This document shows, in pieces, positions 1 to 9,481 of a DNA stretch of 15,771 bases. Origin of the DNA: Azolla caroliniana (Eukaryota; Plantae; Polypodiophyta). The stretch's first letter is position 1. Every line of letters starts with the position of its first letter. The notes under the pieces were generated by a model. That model did no database searches, was not told the origin of the DNA, and was given only the letters and a program-made list of their open reading frames with translations. Location: NCBI GenBank assembly GCA_043228905.1, contig JBHGNT010000781.1:1-15771 (forward strand). Direction: 5' to 3'. The translations under genes and the position numbers were made by a program.

Positions 1-173
1 CAAGCATGTGTTCAGATATCTGGCTGGCACAAAAGATCTCGGCATTCTTTTCGGTCCGAACCGAACCTCAGGCGAAATCCGAGTCGGTGTAACCGACTAC
101 GCCTGAGGTTCGGTTCGGACCGAAAAGAATGCCGAGATCTTTTGTGCCAGCCAGATATCTGAACACATGCTTG
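1..173. repeat. Perfect inverted duplication (fold-back) of copia RT/RNase H-junction sequence; arms 1-74 and 100-173, 25-nt spacer
   Basis: Bases 1-74 are the exact reverse complement of 100-173. The junction uses CGCC microhomology and creates the TGA that ends the pol ORF. Confidence 0.97.
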
Positions 174-3100
174 ACTGCGTTCCAATGCGATCGGCCAGGA
201 TTGTGCATAAATCTGCTAACGACTCCTACGGCGTGAGAAATATCAGGCCGTGTCGCGACCATCAGGTACATAAGGGAGCCGACTGCCGGTGCATACGGTA
301 CCGACTTCATATCTTCCCCCTCCGGGCCGGATGTCGGGCAGTCTCGCTGAGAGAGCCGAAGATTCATTGGGAGCGGGGTTGAAGCAGATTTGGCTGATTG
401 CATGTTGAAGCGTTCCAAGACACGTCGGATATAGTCGGTCTGAGACAAAAAAAGATGTCGTTTATCGCGATGCCGACTAATCTTCATGCCGAGTATGTGT
501 CGTGCCGGACCGAGGTCCTTCATGGCAAACTTCAACCGCAGTTGCCGAACGAGATCGGCAAGTTCGCCCGCGTGGCGTCCAGAAATTAGCATGTCGTCCA
601 CGTAAATGATGAGGAAGATGGGTGATCCATCTTGAGATGTATTGGTGAAGAGACAATGGTCCTCATCGCTTTTGGAGAAGCCGATCGATTGGATGAAGTC
701 GTCGAACTTCTTGTACCATTGTCGCGGTGCCTGTTTGAGGCCGTATAGACTCTTCCTGAGTCGGCAGACTAGATGTTCTTGGCCAGGTGCCACGAAGCCT
801 TTTGGCTGCTCCATATAAATTTCCTCCTCGAGATCACCATGGAGGAAGGCTGTTTTGACATCTAGCTGAATCAGCTCCAAGTTGTCGGCTGCCACTACGC
901 CGAGTAGAAAACGAAGGGTTGTCATTTTCACCACTGGTGAAAAAATCTCGTCGAAGTCGACGCCATATTCTTGTCGGAAGCCCTTCGCAACTAATCTGGC
1001 CTTGTACTTTGGGGTGGTCGAATCAGACGTCTCTTTTAGTCGATAAACCCACTTGCAAGGAAGAGCACGTCGGTTCCTAGGTAATTCGACCAGATCCCAA
1101 GTCTTGTTTGCCCGAATGGAGTGCATTTCCGACTCCATCGCCAGATGCCAGGTGGCGGAATCGACAGATGTCGATGCTTCTTCGTAAGACGTCGGTTCGC
1201 CGGCGTCGGTGAAGAAAATTCCAGGAGAGTACCTCTCCGGAGGTTGCGACAGTCTCTCGGATCGTCGAGGTATGATTGGACTGGTCGCATCGGGTATCGT
1301 GGTCGGATGGTCCGAAAGCGAGTTGTTCTGCTGTGCCGAGTCGGAGTTGTCCGAGTCGGTAAAGTAAGGTTCAGCTACCCGTGAAGCTGACCGTGTGTTG
1401 AGAGCGGGGCCTTCTTGAAGGGTCGGCACATCGGAAAATGTTACCCTTCGGACTTCGATTGGTTTTTCGACTGATGGGTTCATAGCCGACTCGTTGAACA
1501 CAACGTCCGAACTTCGAACGATTTGTCTGCGTTCGGGGTCCCAGAGTCGGTATCCCATTTCGCCGTCTGATCCATATCCAAGGAAAATGCATTTCCTGGA
1601 CCGAGGTGCAAGTTTTCGGCGATCATCTTTCGGAATGAGGGCGTACGCCTCGCATCCGAAGATCCTCAGCTTGTCGTAATTCGGCTTACTGCCGATCCAT
1701 AGTTCCTGAGGAATTTGAAGTCCTAGAGGTCTACTTGGCGACATATTGATCATGTGTACTGCCGTGAGTAGAGCCTCTGCCCAGAAGCCATCCGACAGGC
1801 CGGAGTGTTGGAGCATGGAAACTATCCGTTCTTGGATTGTCCGATTCATGCGTTCGGCAATCCCGTTTTGCTCCGGGCTGTGTGGTGCCGTAAATTCACG
1901 TCGGATGCCGCGTTGTCGGCAGAATTTGACGAATTCTTCTGATTTGAACTCTCCCCCATTGTCGGTCCGAAAGCATTTCAGTTTTCGGTCGGTTTGATTT
2001 TCTACCATAGCGAGCCAATCGGAGAAGATCGAGAAGACCCGATCTTTGGTGCGAATTGGATAAGCCCACACCTTTCGAGTCGAGTCGTCAATAAAAGTGA
2101 CGAAGTAAGAGGCACCGCCTAGAGACTGATGCGGCATTGGGCCACAGACGTCCGAGTGGACCAAATCGAGAGGTCTCGTTTCTCTTGGTGCTGATGTCGG
2201 GTGTGATGCGGCTGCTTGTTTGCCATACTGGCAATGCTCGCAAAATTGATGGTCGGAGAAGGAGAGTTTTGGGATGTATCCGGCTCTAGATAGATGCGTG
2301 ATGCCGGCCTTGCTGAGGTGTCCTAATCTTCTGTGCCATAGTGATGACACAGGAATATCCACCAAAAACAGGTTACCCTCTCTGAGCGTAACATGTAACG
2401 GATACAGTGAGTGTATCTTGGGTCCTCTAGCAAGCAGGAGGTTCCCCCTGTGGAGTGTCCACCCTCCCGAAGAAAAGCCGGCACGAATGCCGTCTTCATC
2501 TAGTTGTCCGACTGAGATCAATGGCCTTGAGAGCTCGGGTACATGTCGGACATTGTGGAGTACAAGTGTAGAGCCACCTGCAAGGTTGAGCTCTACTGTG
2601 CCGATTCCGATGATGTCACAGTGTTGTGAGTTGCCGACTCGAACTGAGTCGGAGTGACGGATCGTATATTGCCGAAATTGGGATCGATGAGGAGTCACGT
2701 GAAATGACGCGCCCGAATCTAAGAGCCATGTGCTCGATTCTTCAGTCGTGAGTAGAACTTCTGATCCGACTGGATTTTCGATTGATAGTATATTCGGGTC
2801 GTCCGGTAGTACATCAGCTGAGAAGCTGACGTAATTGATCTCCTCATGCCGGCCACTCTTCTTGTTGTTCTTGTTCTTGAGTGCGCGGCAGTCGGCTTTG
2901 ATGTGTCCGGGTTTCTTGCAATAGTTGCAGATTCGGTTGTCCCGTGACTGACTCCGTCTTCGCTGATTGTTCGGCGGCCGTGAGGAATCTCTTCCTCGTA
3001 CGTTCGATCGGTCTGTCGAACCTTGTACTACGTAAGCGTCGTCTGTTGAGTCTTTGGCGAAAGACTTTCTCCGAGCTGCTTCGGTCAGGATTGCGCTCGT

Positions 3101-3634
3101 GACTTCGGAGTATTTAACAGCCGTGGTTGACGCGTTGCACACGGTTGTGACGAAAGTTTCCCATGATGAGGGAAGGCTGCTCATGAGTATCATTGCTCTG
3201 AGTTCATCCTCGATTGCCGTCCCCTGTGACGAGATTTGGGAGCTTATGCTTTCGTACTCATTGAGGTGTGCTTGAACCGAATCGGATTCTTTCATCCGCA
3301 AGTTGTAGAGGCGCCGGATCAGAAACATCTTCGTTGCGGCGACCTTCTTTTCGTAAGTGTCCGACAGTGTTCTCCACAGTTCGAATGCTGTCGTACACGA
3401 TTGCACCGTAAAATATACCGATTCCGATAGGTGCATCCGAATCGTGGCGCGGACGATTCTGTCCAGCTTCTGCCACTCAATTGGTTTGTATCCTTCTGGA
3501 GGTTCTTCATTTTCGATGGGATCGATTTGCCCCTTGACTATGAGATAGTCCTGCATTTGCTCCTTCCAGAAGTTAAAGTTCGATCCATCGAACTTTCGTA
3601 GACTCATTTCTGACGAGCCGGATGTTGATGCCAT
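68..3634 (-). CDS. Ty1/copia gag-pol polyprotein (Tnt1-like), truncated at the start of RNase H
   Basis: Unbroken ORF of about 1190 aa with domains in copia order: gag, zinc knuckle CNYCKKPGHIKADC, protease WLLDSGAS, WHRRLGH...CEHC, integrase HSDVCG/RTDNGGE/AERMNRT, RT KARLVAKG...YVDD (593-604), then GYTDSDFA (first RNase H motif). First ATG at 3634; the ORF track starts at an upstream TTG. Confidence 0.97.
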   Translation of the reverse strand: MASTSGSSEMSLRKFDGSNFNFWKEQMQDYLIVKGQIDPIENEEPPEGYKPIEWQKLDRIVRATIRMHLSESVYFTVQSCTTAFELWRTLSDTYEKKVAATKMFLIRRLYNLRMKESDSVQAHLNEYESISSQISSQGTAIEDELRAMILMSSLPSSWETFVTTVCNASTTAVKYSEVTSAILTEAARRKSFAKDSTDDAYVVQGSTDRSNVRGRDSSRPPNNQRRRSQSRDNRICNYCKKPGHIKADCRALKNKNNKKSGRHEEINYVSFSADVLPDDPNILSIENPVGSEVLLTTEESSTWLLDSGASFHVTPHRSQFRQYTIRHSDSVRVGNSQHCDIIGIGTVELNLAGGSTLVLHNVRHVPELSRPLISVGQLDEDGIRAGFSSGGWTLHRGNLLLARGPKIHSLYPLHVTLREGNLFLVDIPVSSLWHRRLGHLSKAGITHLSRAGYIPKLSFSDHQFCEHCQYGKQAAASHPTSAPRETRPLDLVHSDVCGPMPHQSLGGASYFVTFIDDSTRKVWAYPIRTKDRVFSIFSDWLAMVENQTDRKLKCFRTDNGGEFKSEEFVKFCRQRGIRREFTAPHSPEQNGIAERMNRTIQERIVSMLQHSGLSDGFWAEALLTAVHMINMSPSRPLGLQIPQELWIGSKPNYDKLRIFGCEAYALIPKDDRRKLAPRSRKCIFLGYGSDGEMGYRLWDPERRQIVRSSDVVFNESAMNPSVEKPIEVRRVTFSDVPTLQEGPALNTRSASRVAEPYFTDSDNSDSAQQNNSLSDHPTTIPDATSPIIPRRSERLSQPPERYSPGIFFTDAGEPTSYEEASTSVDSATWHLAMESEMHSIRANKTWDLVELPRNRRALPCKWVYRLKETSDSTTPKYKARLVAKGFRQEYGVDFDEIFSPVVKMTTLRFLLGVVAADNLELIQLDVKTAFLHGDLEEEIYMEQPKGFVAPGQEHLVCRLRKSLYGLKQAPRQWYKKFDDFIQSIGFSKSDEDHCLFTNTSQDGSPIFLIIYVDDMLISGRHAGELADLVRQLRLKFAMKDLGPARHILGMKISRHRDKRHLFLSQTDYIRRVLERFNMQSAKSASTPLPMNLRLSQRDCPTSGPEGEDMKSVPYAPAVGSLMYLMVATRPDISHAVGVVSRFMHNPGRSHWNAVKHVFRYLAGTKDLGILFGPNRTSGVVGYTDSDFA

Positions 3635-4303
3635 CAAATTCGGTTTCGGTTGACGAAGCTCGGTTCGGAGTTGACTACGAACCTTGTTGGAGTGCAGCCG
3701 GTTGGCTCACCCGATATCGTTCTAGTCGGATTTGAACCCGAGTCGGTTCGGCTTCGGAACTTGCTCGAATTGACTCCGGTAACTTGAGGGACAGAACCGA
3801 CTGGTCTTCCCGAATGGTTCCGAGTCGAAGTGAGCCCGGTTCGCTTCGGATATATATACCGAATACCGATTATTGAAACCGATTATCTGAACCGATTCGG
3901 CTTCGGGTGACTGCAGCGACGAGAGAGATGGGTCCAACTGATCCTCTCGAATGTCGATCAGCCGGATGAAGCACGAATTGGGGCTGTTGTCTTGAGACCG
4001 ATCTGCACCGAGTGGTTACAACGAGCAGCGAGCAGCGTTCAATGACCTTTTCGGATGCCGTTTAACCGAATGGAGCACGATCGTGTCAATGTTGCACAAG
4101 GGGATTTCACCTCGAGCGGTTACGATCACAGGGGACAGAGTACAACCTGATGGCTTACTCCAAGCAAGAGGATCTAACGCGATGAGGTGCAAACCTCGTT
4201 TTTGTTCTTCTTCTCTCTTTCTTCGAATGACGCGAATACTGTGCAGGCCGTGATGAAGTGAAGAACCGAATGCTGTGCAGGCGGTGATGACGGCCGAACC
4301 TCT

Positions 4304-4315
4304 GCTCTGATACCA
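4304..4315 (-). other. Primer binding site for tRNA-iMet
   Basis: The minus strand reads TGGTATCAGAGC, 2 nt after an LTR end ...TTCCAACA. This is the standard plant copia PBS. Confidence 0.95.
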
Positions 4316-4317
4316 GA

Positions 4318-4598
4318 TGTTGGAAGCAATGTCGTCAGTGCGGAAGATCAAGAAGCACTCGATTCCTGTTTATTCCCTGCGTATGACAGAATCTATGTCG
4401 TTGCACAGAGAGAGAGAGAGAGGGGCACAAAAGAGTCTTTATTTCATAAAGAAGAATAATACAACAGCCAACCTCACAAAGAGGTTACAAGGTCACTATA
4501 TATAGTGACTGACTTAGGGCAACTACCCTTTATGTCGAATACATAAATGGCCAAAACGGGATAGTGTGAATACGTCCATTATACACATGTATTCGACA
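4318..4598 (-). repeat. 5' LTR of the copia element (281 bp)
   Basis: Minus-strand termini TGTCGAA...TTCCAACA, adjacent to the PBS, with a TATA box (4496-4505) and a (GA)n tract near 4408-4422. Predicted 5-bp TSD GTTAA at 4599-4603. Confidence 0.85.
4492..4509. promoter_or_regulatory. LTR TATA box inside a perfect 18-bp palindrome GTCACTATATATAGTGAC
   Basis: Read directly from the sequence; its position in the LTR fits the U3 promoter. Confidence 0.65.
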
Positions 4599-6070
4599 GT
4601 TAAAACTTATATTATTAAGCTTCACAAGAACCCTACATCGAATCCCATCACCATCCACACAGAAGTGTTTAAAATCATAAACTTCATCTAAATGTTGTAC
4701 ATCTGGCTTTGGGGTATAAGCTTCAGTGATCAACTTCAACAACATAGGAAGTGTGAAAGCATCACATCTCGTTAATTTCTTGGAGAACCTACTAAACATT
4801 TAATCTATGTGATCATGTGTGTGACCAACTAGTAAGAAGCTGACCTTAATCTTTTTGAAAATACTCCTGTCTACTAACATGCTTAAATAACCAAACACAG
4901 TGGAGTTCTTGTTTTCTGTCGTCGTGTTGTCTAGTTGCACGTATAGTCCTACGAGAGTAAACTTGACACGTTTGCAAAATTCTTTGCATCACTATTACTG
5001 TAAGATTAGGGTCGTTGTGGATATTTGGATAAGTTAGGAACACTTGAGGCCTTATTATCTGACAATATAGAAGACAACCTACTAAGTGCATCTGCACTTG
5101 GCATTCATCTCCAATTTCCTTGGGCAACCTTCGAAAGTGTGGCAAACAAGTTTTCTTCTGATCCATCCCATCTACAATCAAGCACATGTACCTTTCGGGT
5201 GATTGAAGTGCTTTTTGATGATGGTGCATAGCTTTAGATCTTTCCAATGCTTGACTTTCTCGATGTTCTTTTAATAAATTCTTATAATTGTTTATTTCTT
5301 CATATGTTGTCCCACTCTTTGCCATGGTTTTTAAACTTGCACATACAGAGCAAACACCCATCCAGACCTTGTAGGGTATGACCACATTATTAAACTTCGA
5401 TCTCCATAATCGATTAAAATGATGATATTGTATGTAAGGTAAACTTTCTAATAACATGTCATCCTTATACGCATGGTATACCTCATGACGAGTGAAGTTA
5501 CCTGACAAATGTAATCTTCCACTGGTGGGCATAACATCACATTGCTTCGAGAAATATATCTCCATCCATCTAACAACATGTCGCCCAATTAGACCCTTAC
5601 ATCCAGAATCTTTCTTGTTGAAAGGTACCCACGAGCCCTTTACTAATCAATGTTGAATTCTCTGGAGCCTCATGTTACCAATGCTATAAGAAATCTTGAA
5701 AGCTACTCGACAACTCTTCATACTAAGTGAAAGGTAATATTCCACATGCAGAGAACTTGAAATTGTCGTGTGGTCCTTAACAAGTTGCATATGTGAAATC
5801 AAGAAAGTATCTTGTTCGTTGCCATTAAGTGACAAATACTTCTGTTGTAACCCCCTCAAGTTTGCATTTCCAAATTTTCAAAGACAAAGATTCCCACAAC
5901 GTGGCATGCATATATCAAATGCAATTTGGCGATCTGAACACAGAAAATTATATCTTTTAACACTCACTTGTCGAGGAACTCTTCGAAAATTCAGAGGTTT
6001 ATTGACACAATCCTCGTCAACATTACATAAACTAGAATCCTCATGATTTGTAACTACATTATTCCTTCAT
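4599..6070 (-). pseudogene. Decayed DDD transposase, Sola-like (recalled as DUF7869-type), 3' part cut off by the copia insertion
   Basis: Joining ORF fragments 5647-5859, 4846-5565 and 4530-4799 across stops and a frameshift near 4955 gives: CRVAFKISYSIGNMRLQR; CSVC; YMCLIVDGMDQKKTCLPH (D at 5170-5172); LYVQLDNTTTENKN (D at 4929-4931); VSFLLVGHTHDHID*MFSRFS (D at 4803-4805). The 5' start is approximate. Confidence 0.8.
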
Positions 6071-6568
6071 AGTCTACCTAAGTTAACAGGCTCGATTGAA
6101 AAAAGTGAATTCGAACTTTGCCCAACATCATCGTTGGACTCTACATGGCACCGTTTATTATTTATGTGGTTATATTCCTCGATAGAGAATAACGAGTTAT
6201 CAGATCAATGGAGAACAAAGAATTTTTACTCAAGGTTGAGGACATCTCGACTAAGGCTAACTAAGCTCAATTGAGTCGAAAATAGCTCAAAATTTTCTTC
6301 TATAATAATTCAAAATAATAATAATAATTAAAAAAATTATATAAAAGAAATGCCTCTTCTCATTGTCATTATCACATTCAAGACGCAAAAGAGCACAGGA
6401 GCACAGAACATCCCAAACCTTCCGTTTTTGCCTCCCCGATCCACTTGAGTCGACATTAGCACCATGAACAAGGGAAAGAAAATTGCCGTGTATCTTCTTC
6501 TAACTGTTTTTTAAGATTCTCTAAAGATTCCCAAAAGATTCCATTTTATTTTTGTTCATTTTTTGCTC

Positions 6569-6695
6569 CGAGAACCCGATGCACTGCATCGACTTCTCGT
6601 TGAAAGCCACCCTCCTTCAACGGAAACTCGATGCAGTGCATTGAGTTCTCGTTGAATGAATGTTGCTTTCAACGGGAACTCGAGTTCTCATTGAA
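6569..6695. repeat. Three copies of a 31-bp palindrome at 52-bp spacing (6569, 6621, 6673; third copy centrally deleted)
   Basis: CGAGAACCCGATGCACTGCATCGACTTCTCG, CGGAAACTCGATGCAGTGCATTGAGTTCTCG and CGGGAACTCGAGTTCTCA. Same core as the 7629-8701 array, with GCA/TGC in place of ACA/TGT. Confidence 0.85.
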
Positions 6696-7407
6696 GGAGG
6701 CAAATATTAGAATTGATACACTAGAAATAGTAACTTTTTTCCTATTTTATTACCGATTTTATAAAACACGTTTGCATTCACAAGTGGAAGAATCGCGCAT
6801 TCCACTTATACATTCCTTTTATAATCTTGCGATTTTAGGCGATTTTCAAAAACTTGATACACTAGTATCGCATGTTTTAAATAGCATGTAAAATTTGTTA
6901 ATTTTTTGAGATTTAACAAGTTTCGAAATGATAATTTTTAAAATTGAATATTTTTTTCAATAAATGCTTAAACATTGATGGTTTTGCAAATATGAAATGT
7001 AGTTAACTTAAAGAAAATCACAATGGTTAACTTAACACACAAGTTAAGATTAATGGTTTCACCATCTTGAGAAGATGTAGGTTCCAGAAGTGGAAGTTAC
7101 ATCTATTGTTAGACTTGAAAATGTTTTAAGTATAAGAGGTAACATTGTAATCCTTAATGCTATCATCAATAAATTTAGTGCTCATTAACATCCATAAATT
7201 CACAACTCAAGAAATGTATACAATATTCATAAACAATTTTGATAAATCCATAACTCCTAAAATGTAGATGATATTCATAAACTATCAAAATTACCAAACT
7301 TAGATGTAAACATTAATATATCAATTTGAACATATCACATACTTATCAAGGTATCCACAATGCTCTCCTCTTCTTCATTTTGAGAGCTCCCCTACAAAAT
7401 TTGTGAA

Positions 7408-8923
7408 GTAAATGGCATTTACAAGGTTCAATTACCATCAACACAATTATTAATGGTTTTTTGTTAATCAAGGAAGCACATGTTCATCATAAGGTATCTT
7501 CTTGTGCAACGTAATTCTTTACAACATCGATATGCATCTTTTACTCTTGTCAAAACGGATATTTTAGTACAATTCGAGTTCATGTAAACCCTAAACCTCT
7601 TTTAGTTGAAAAAAAAAAGATTTCTAAACATGAACTCCATACATTGTATTGAGTTGATGTAAAAAATAGAGTTTTCATCACAATTCCATACAATGTATCA
7701 AATTTATGTTCAAAGTTTTATTTCCCGAATTTAAATAAATAAATAAATAAATCGAACTTGAATTGATGAAAAAACCAGATTTTTCACCACAATTCAGTAC
7801 AATGTACCTAGTTCATGTTTAAAGTAATTTTTTCAATTTTTTTTGTTTTTTTTTTTATGGAGAAAAAAACTTTAAACATGAATTCGATACATTGTATCCA
7901 TTGTGATAAAAACTTTGGTTTTTTCATCATTTCAACTTTTTTTTTAAAAAAACAACCAAAAGGACCCAAAATAAATAGAAAAAAACCAAAATTGTTTTTT
8001 TTAAAACCCCCCAAAAAAACCTTTAAACATGAACTCGATACATTGTATCGAATTCATGTGAAAAAGTCAACTTTTTGACACGAACTCGATACAATGTATC
8101 AAGTTGGTCTTGAAAACTTTGTTTTTCAACACGAACTCGATACACTATATCAAGTTCGTGTCGAAAAGTTGACTTTTCAACACGAATTCGATACGGCGTA
8201 TCGAGTTCGTGTTTAAATGTTTTAAACACAAACTCGATACATTGTATCGAGTTCATGTCAAAAAGCTGAGTTTTTCAACACAAACTCAATACGGCGTATC
8301 GAGTTCATGTTTAAAGTTTTTTTTTTTTTCTATCTATTTTGGGTCTTTTTGTTTGTTTGTTTTTTTTAATTTTGAAGTGATGAAAAAACTAGAGTTTTCA
8401 TCACAAGTCAATACAATGTATCAAATTCATGTTTAATGTTTTTTTCCCAAAAATCAAATTAATAATAAATAAATAAAATATCAAAAAATTTTGAAAAATT
8501 TACTTTAAACATGAACTCTATACATTGTATTGAATTGTGGTGAGAAAACTGGTTTTTTCATCAAATCAAGCTTAATTGATTTATTTTTTTATTTTTTTAA
8601 ATCTGAGAAAAAAACTTTGAACATGAATTTGATACATTGTATGTAATTGTGATCAAAACTCTGTTTTTTACATCAACTCAATATAATGTATGGAGTTCAT
8701 AATTAGAAATCATCTTTTTATTCAAATAAAAGAGGTTTAGGGTTTACATGAACTCGAATAGTACTAAAATCTCTGTTTTTACAAGAGAAAAAGATGCATA
8801 TGGATACTGCAAAGAAGTGCGTTGTACAACAAGACACCTTATGGTGAACATGTGCTTCATTGATTAACAAAAAACCATTAAGAATTGTGTTGATGGTAAT
8901 TGAACCTTGCAAATGTTATTTAC
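7408..8923. repeat. Diverged 1.5-kb inverted repeat centred at about 8170
   Basis: GTAAATGGCATTTACAAGGTTCAATTACCATCAACACAATT... at 7408 pairs with ...AATTGTGTTGATGGTAATTGAACCTTGCAAATGTTATTTAC ending at 8923. Similarity continues inward with substitutions and A/T-tract indels. Confidence 0.93.
7629..8701. repeat. Array of 14 palindromic 31-bp units, consensus CAYGAACTCGATACAnTGTATCGAGTTCRTG
   Basis: Unit starts: 7629, 7678, 7787, 7877, 8028, 8079, 8130, 8181, 8227, 8279, 8401, 8510, 8622, 8671. Central units have a 51-bp period with self-complementary A/T-tract spacers. Confidence 0.92.
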
Positions 8924-9074
8924 GTGGTGTATAAAATATTCTCATGGTTCTTAATCACCACGTCAAGCACTTAATGTTGATCGTCATAGTTTGGTTCATC
9001 TACAACAGAGAAACATTTATGTGGAACTAAGGATGACAACATGAGCATAACTCAGGTGACAAGGAAACTTGCAA

Positions 9075-9481
9075 GAACTCAAGGTGGGGATATTAATAGC
9101 TACACATGTAGATGGCCATCACCTAGGGCACCAATTCTGCATTGGTAAAGTTTTGGACGTGGTGATGGATTAAACTTCTGTAATACATCTATCATTGACA
9201 TTAGTGGGGTAGATATCATTGTGTATGACTTTACACTGACAAAAGTTGGATGTTTAAGGACGACAACGATAGACATAATAAAAAAGATATTACCAAGACT
9301 AGAAGATATCTCAAATTGAAGGCGAACAAGATGTAGTGCACACAATTTGGAGACACCATTTACTGAAGACAATGATTTGATTGGTACATTTGAAAATGAG
9401 GAGGAAGAGTCACAATTGTATATTAGCTATAGTAGTGATTCTCAAGAAAGGAAAGATGATAATGATGCAAATAACTCTTAA
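9075..9481 (+). pseudogene. Degenerate coding remnant, possibly a transposase C-terminus
   Basis: Translates, across a stop and a frameshift, as ELKVGILIA...HQFCIGKVLDVV...DIIVYDFTLTKVGCLRTTTIDIIKKIL plus an acidic tail. Lies just inside the right TIR of the nested element. Family assignment is from memory only. Confidence 0.4.

Larger units (their letters stand above)
71..4598 (-). mobile_element. Ty1/copia LTR retrotransposon (5' LTR, PBS, leader, gag-pol; 3' end not in window)
   Basis: LTR, PBS and polyprotein lie in canonical order. Composition switches abruptly from GC/CpG-rich to AT-rich across the LTR, and the transposase frame is interrupted exactly at 4598/4599. Confidence 0.93.

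Noticed and set aside
167-3548. Short ORFs overlapping gag-pol on either strand
   Set aside because: They are shadow frames of a GC-rich coding sequence with no recognisable motifs.
3722-4505. ORFs of 62-111 aa in the copia leader and LTR as extra genes
   Set aside because: They mostly use non-ATG starts, cross the PBS/LTR boundary or low-complexity leader, and show no protein motifs.
6464-6495. Possible first coding exon (ATG AAC AAG GGA AAG AAA ATT GCC) of the ParB-MTase gene, splicing to the acceptor at 9977
   Set aside because: Plausible, but too short and the donor site is ambiguous; it cannot be supported without paralogues or transcripts.
8028-8309. CRISPR array (31-bp palindromic repeats with regular spacers)
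   Set aside because: Spacers are only 15-21 nt, similar to each other and self-complementary. The repeats are degenerate, no cas genes are present, and the context is eukaryotic.
7808-8436. ORFs with repeated HELDTLYRV peptides
   Set aside because: They are translations of the palindromic DNA repeat and appear on both strands because of its symmetry.
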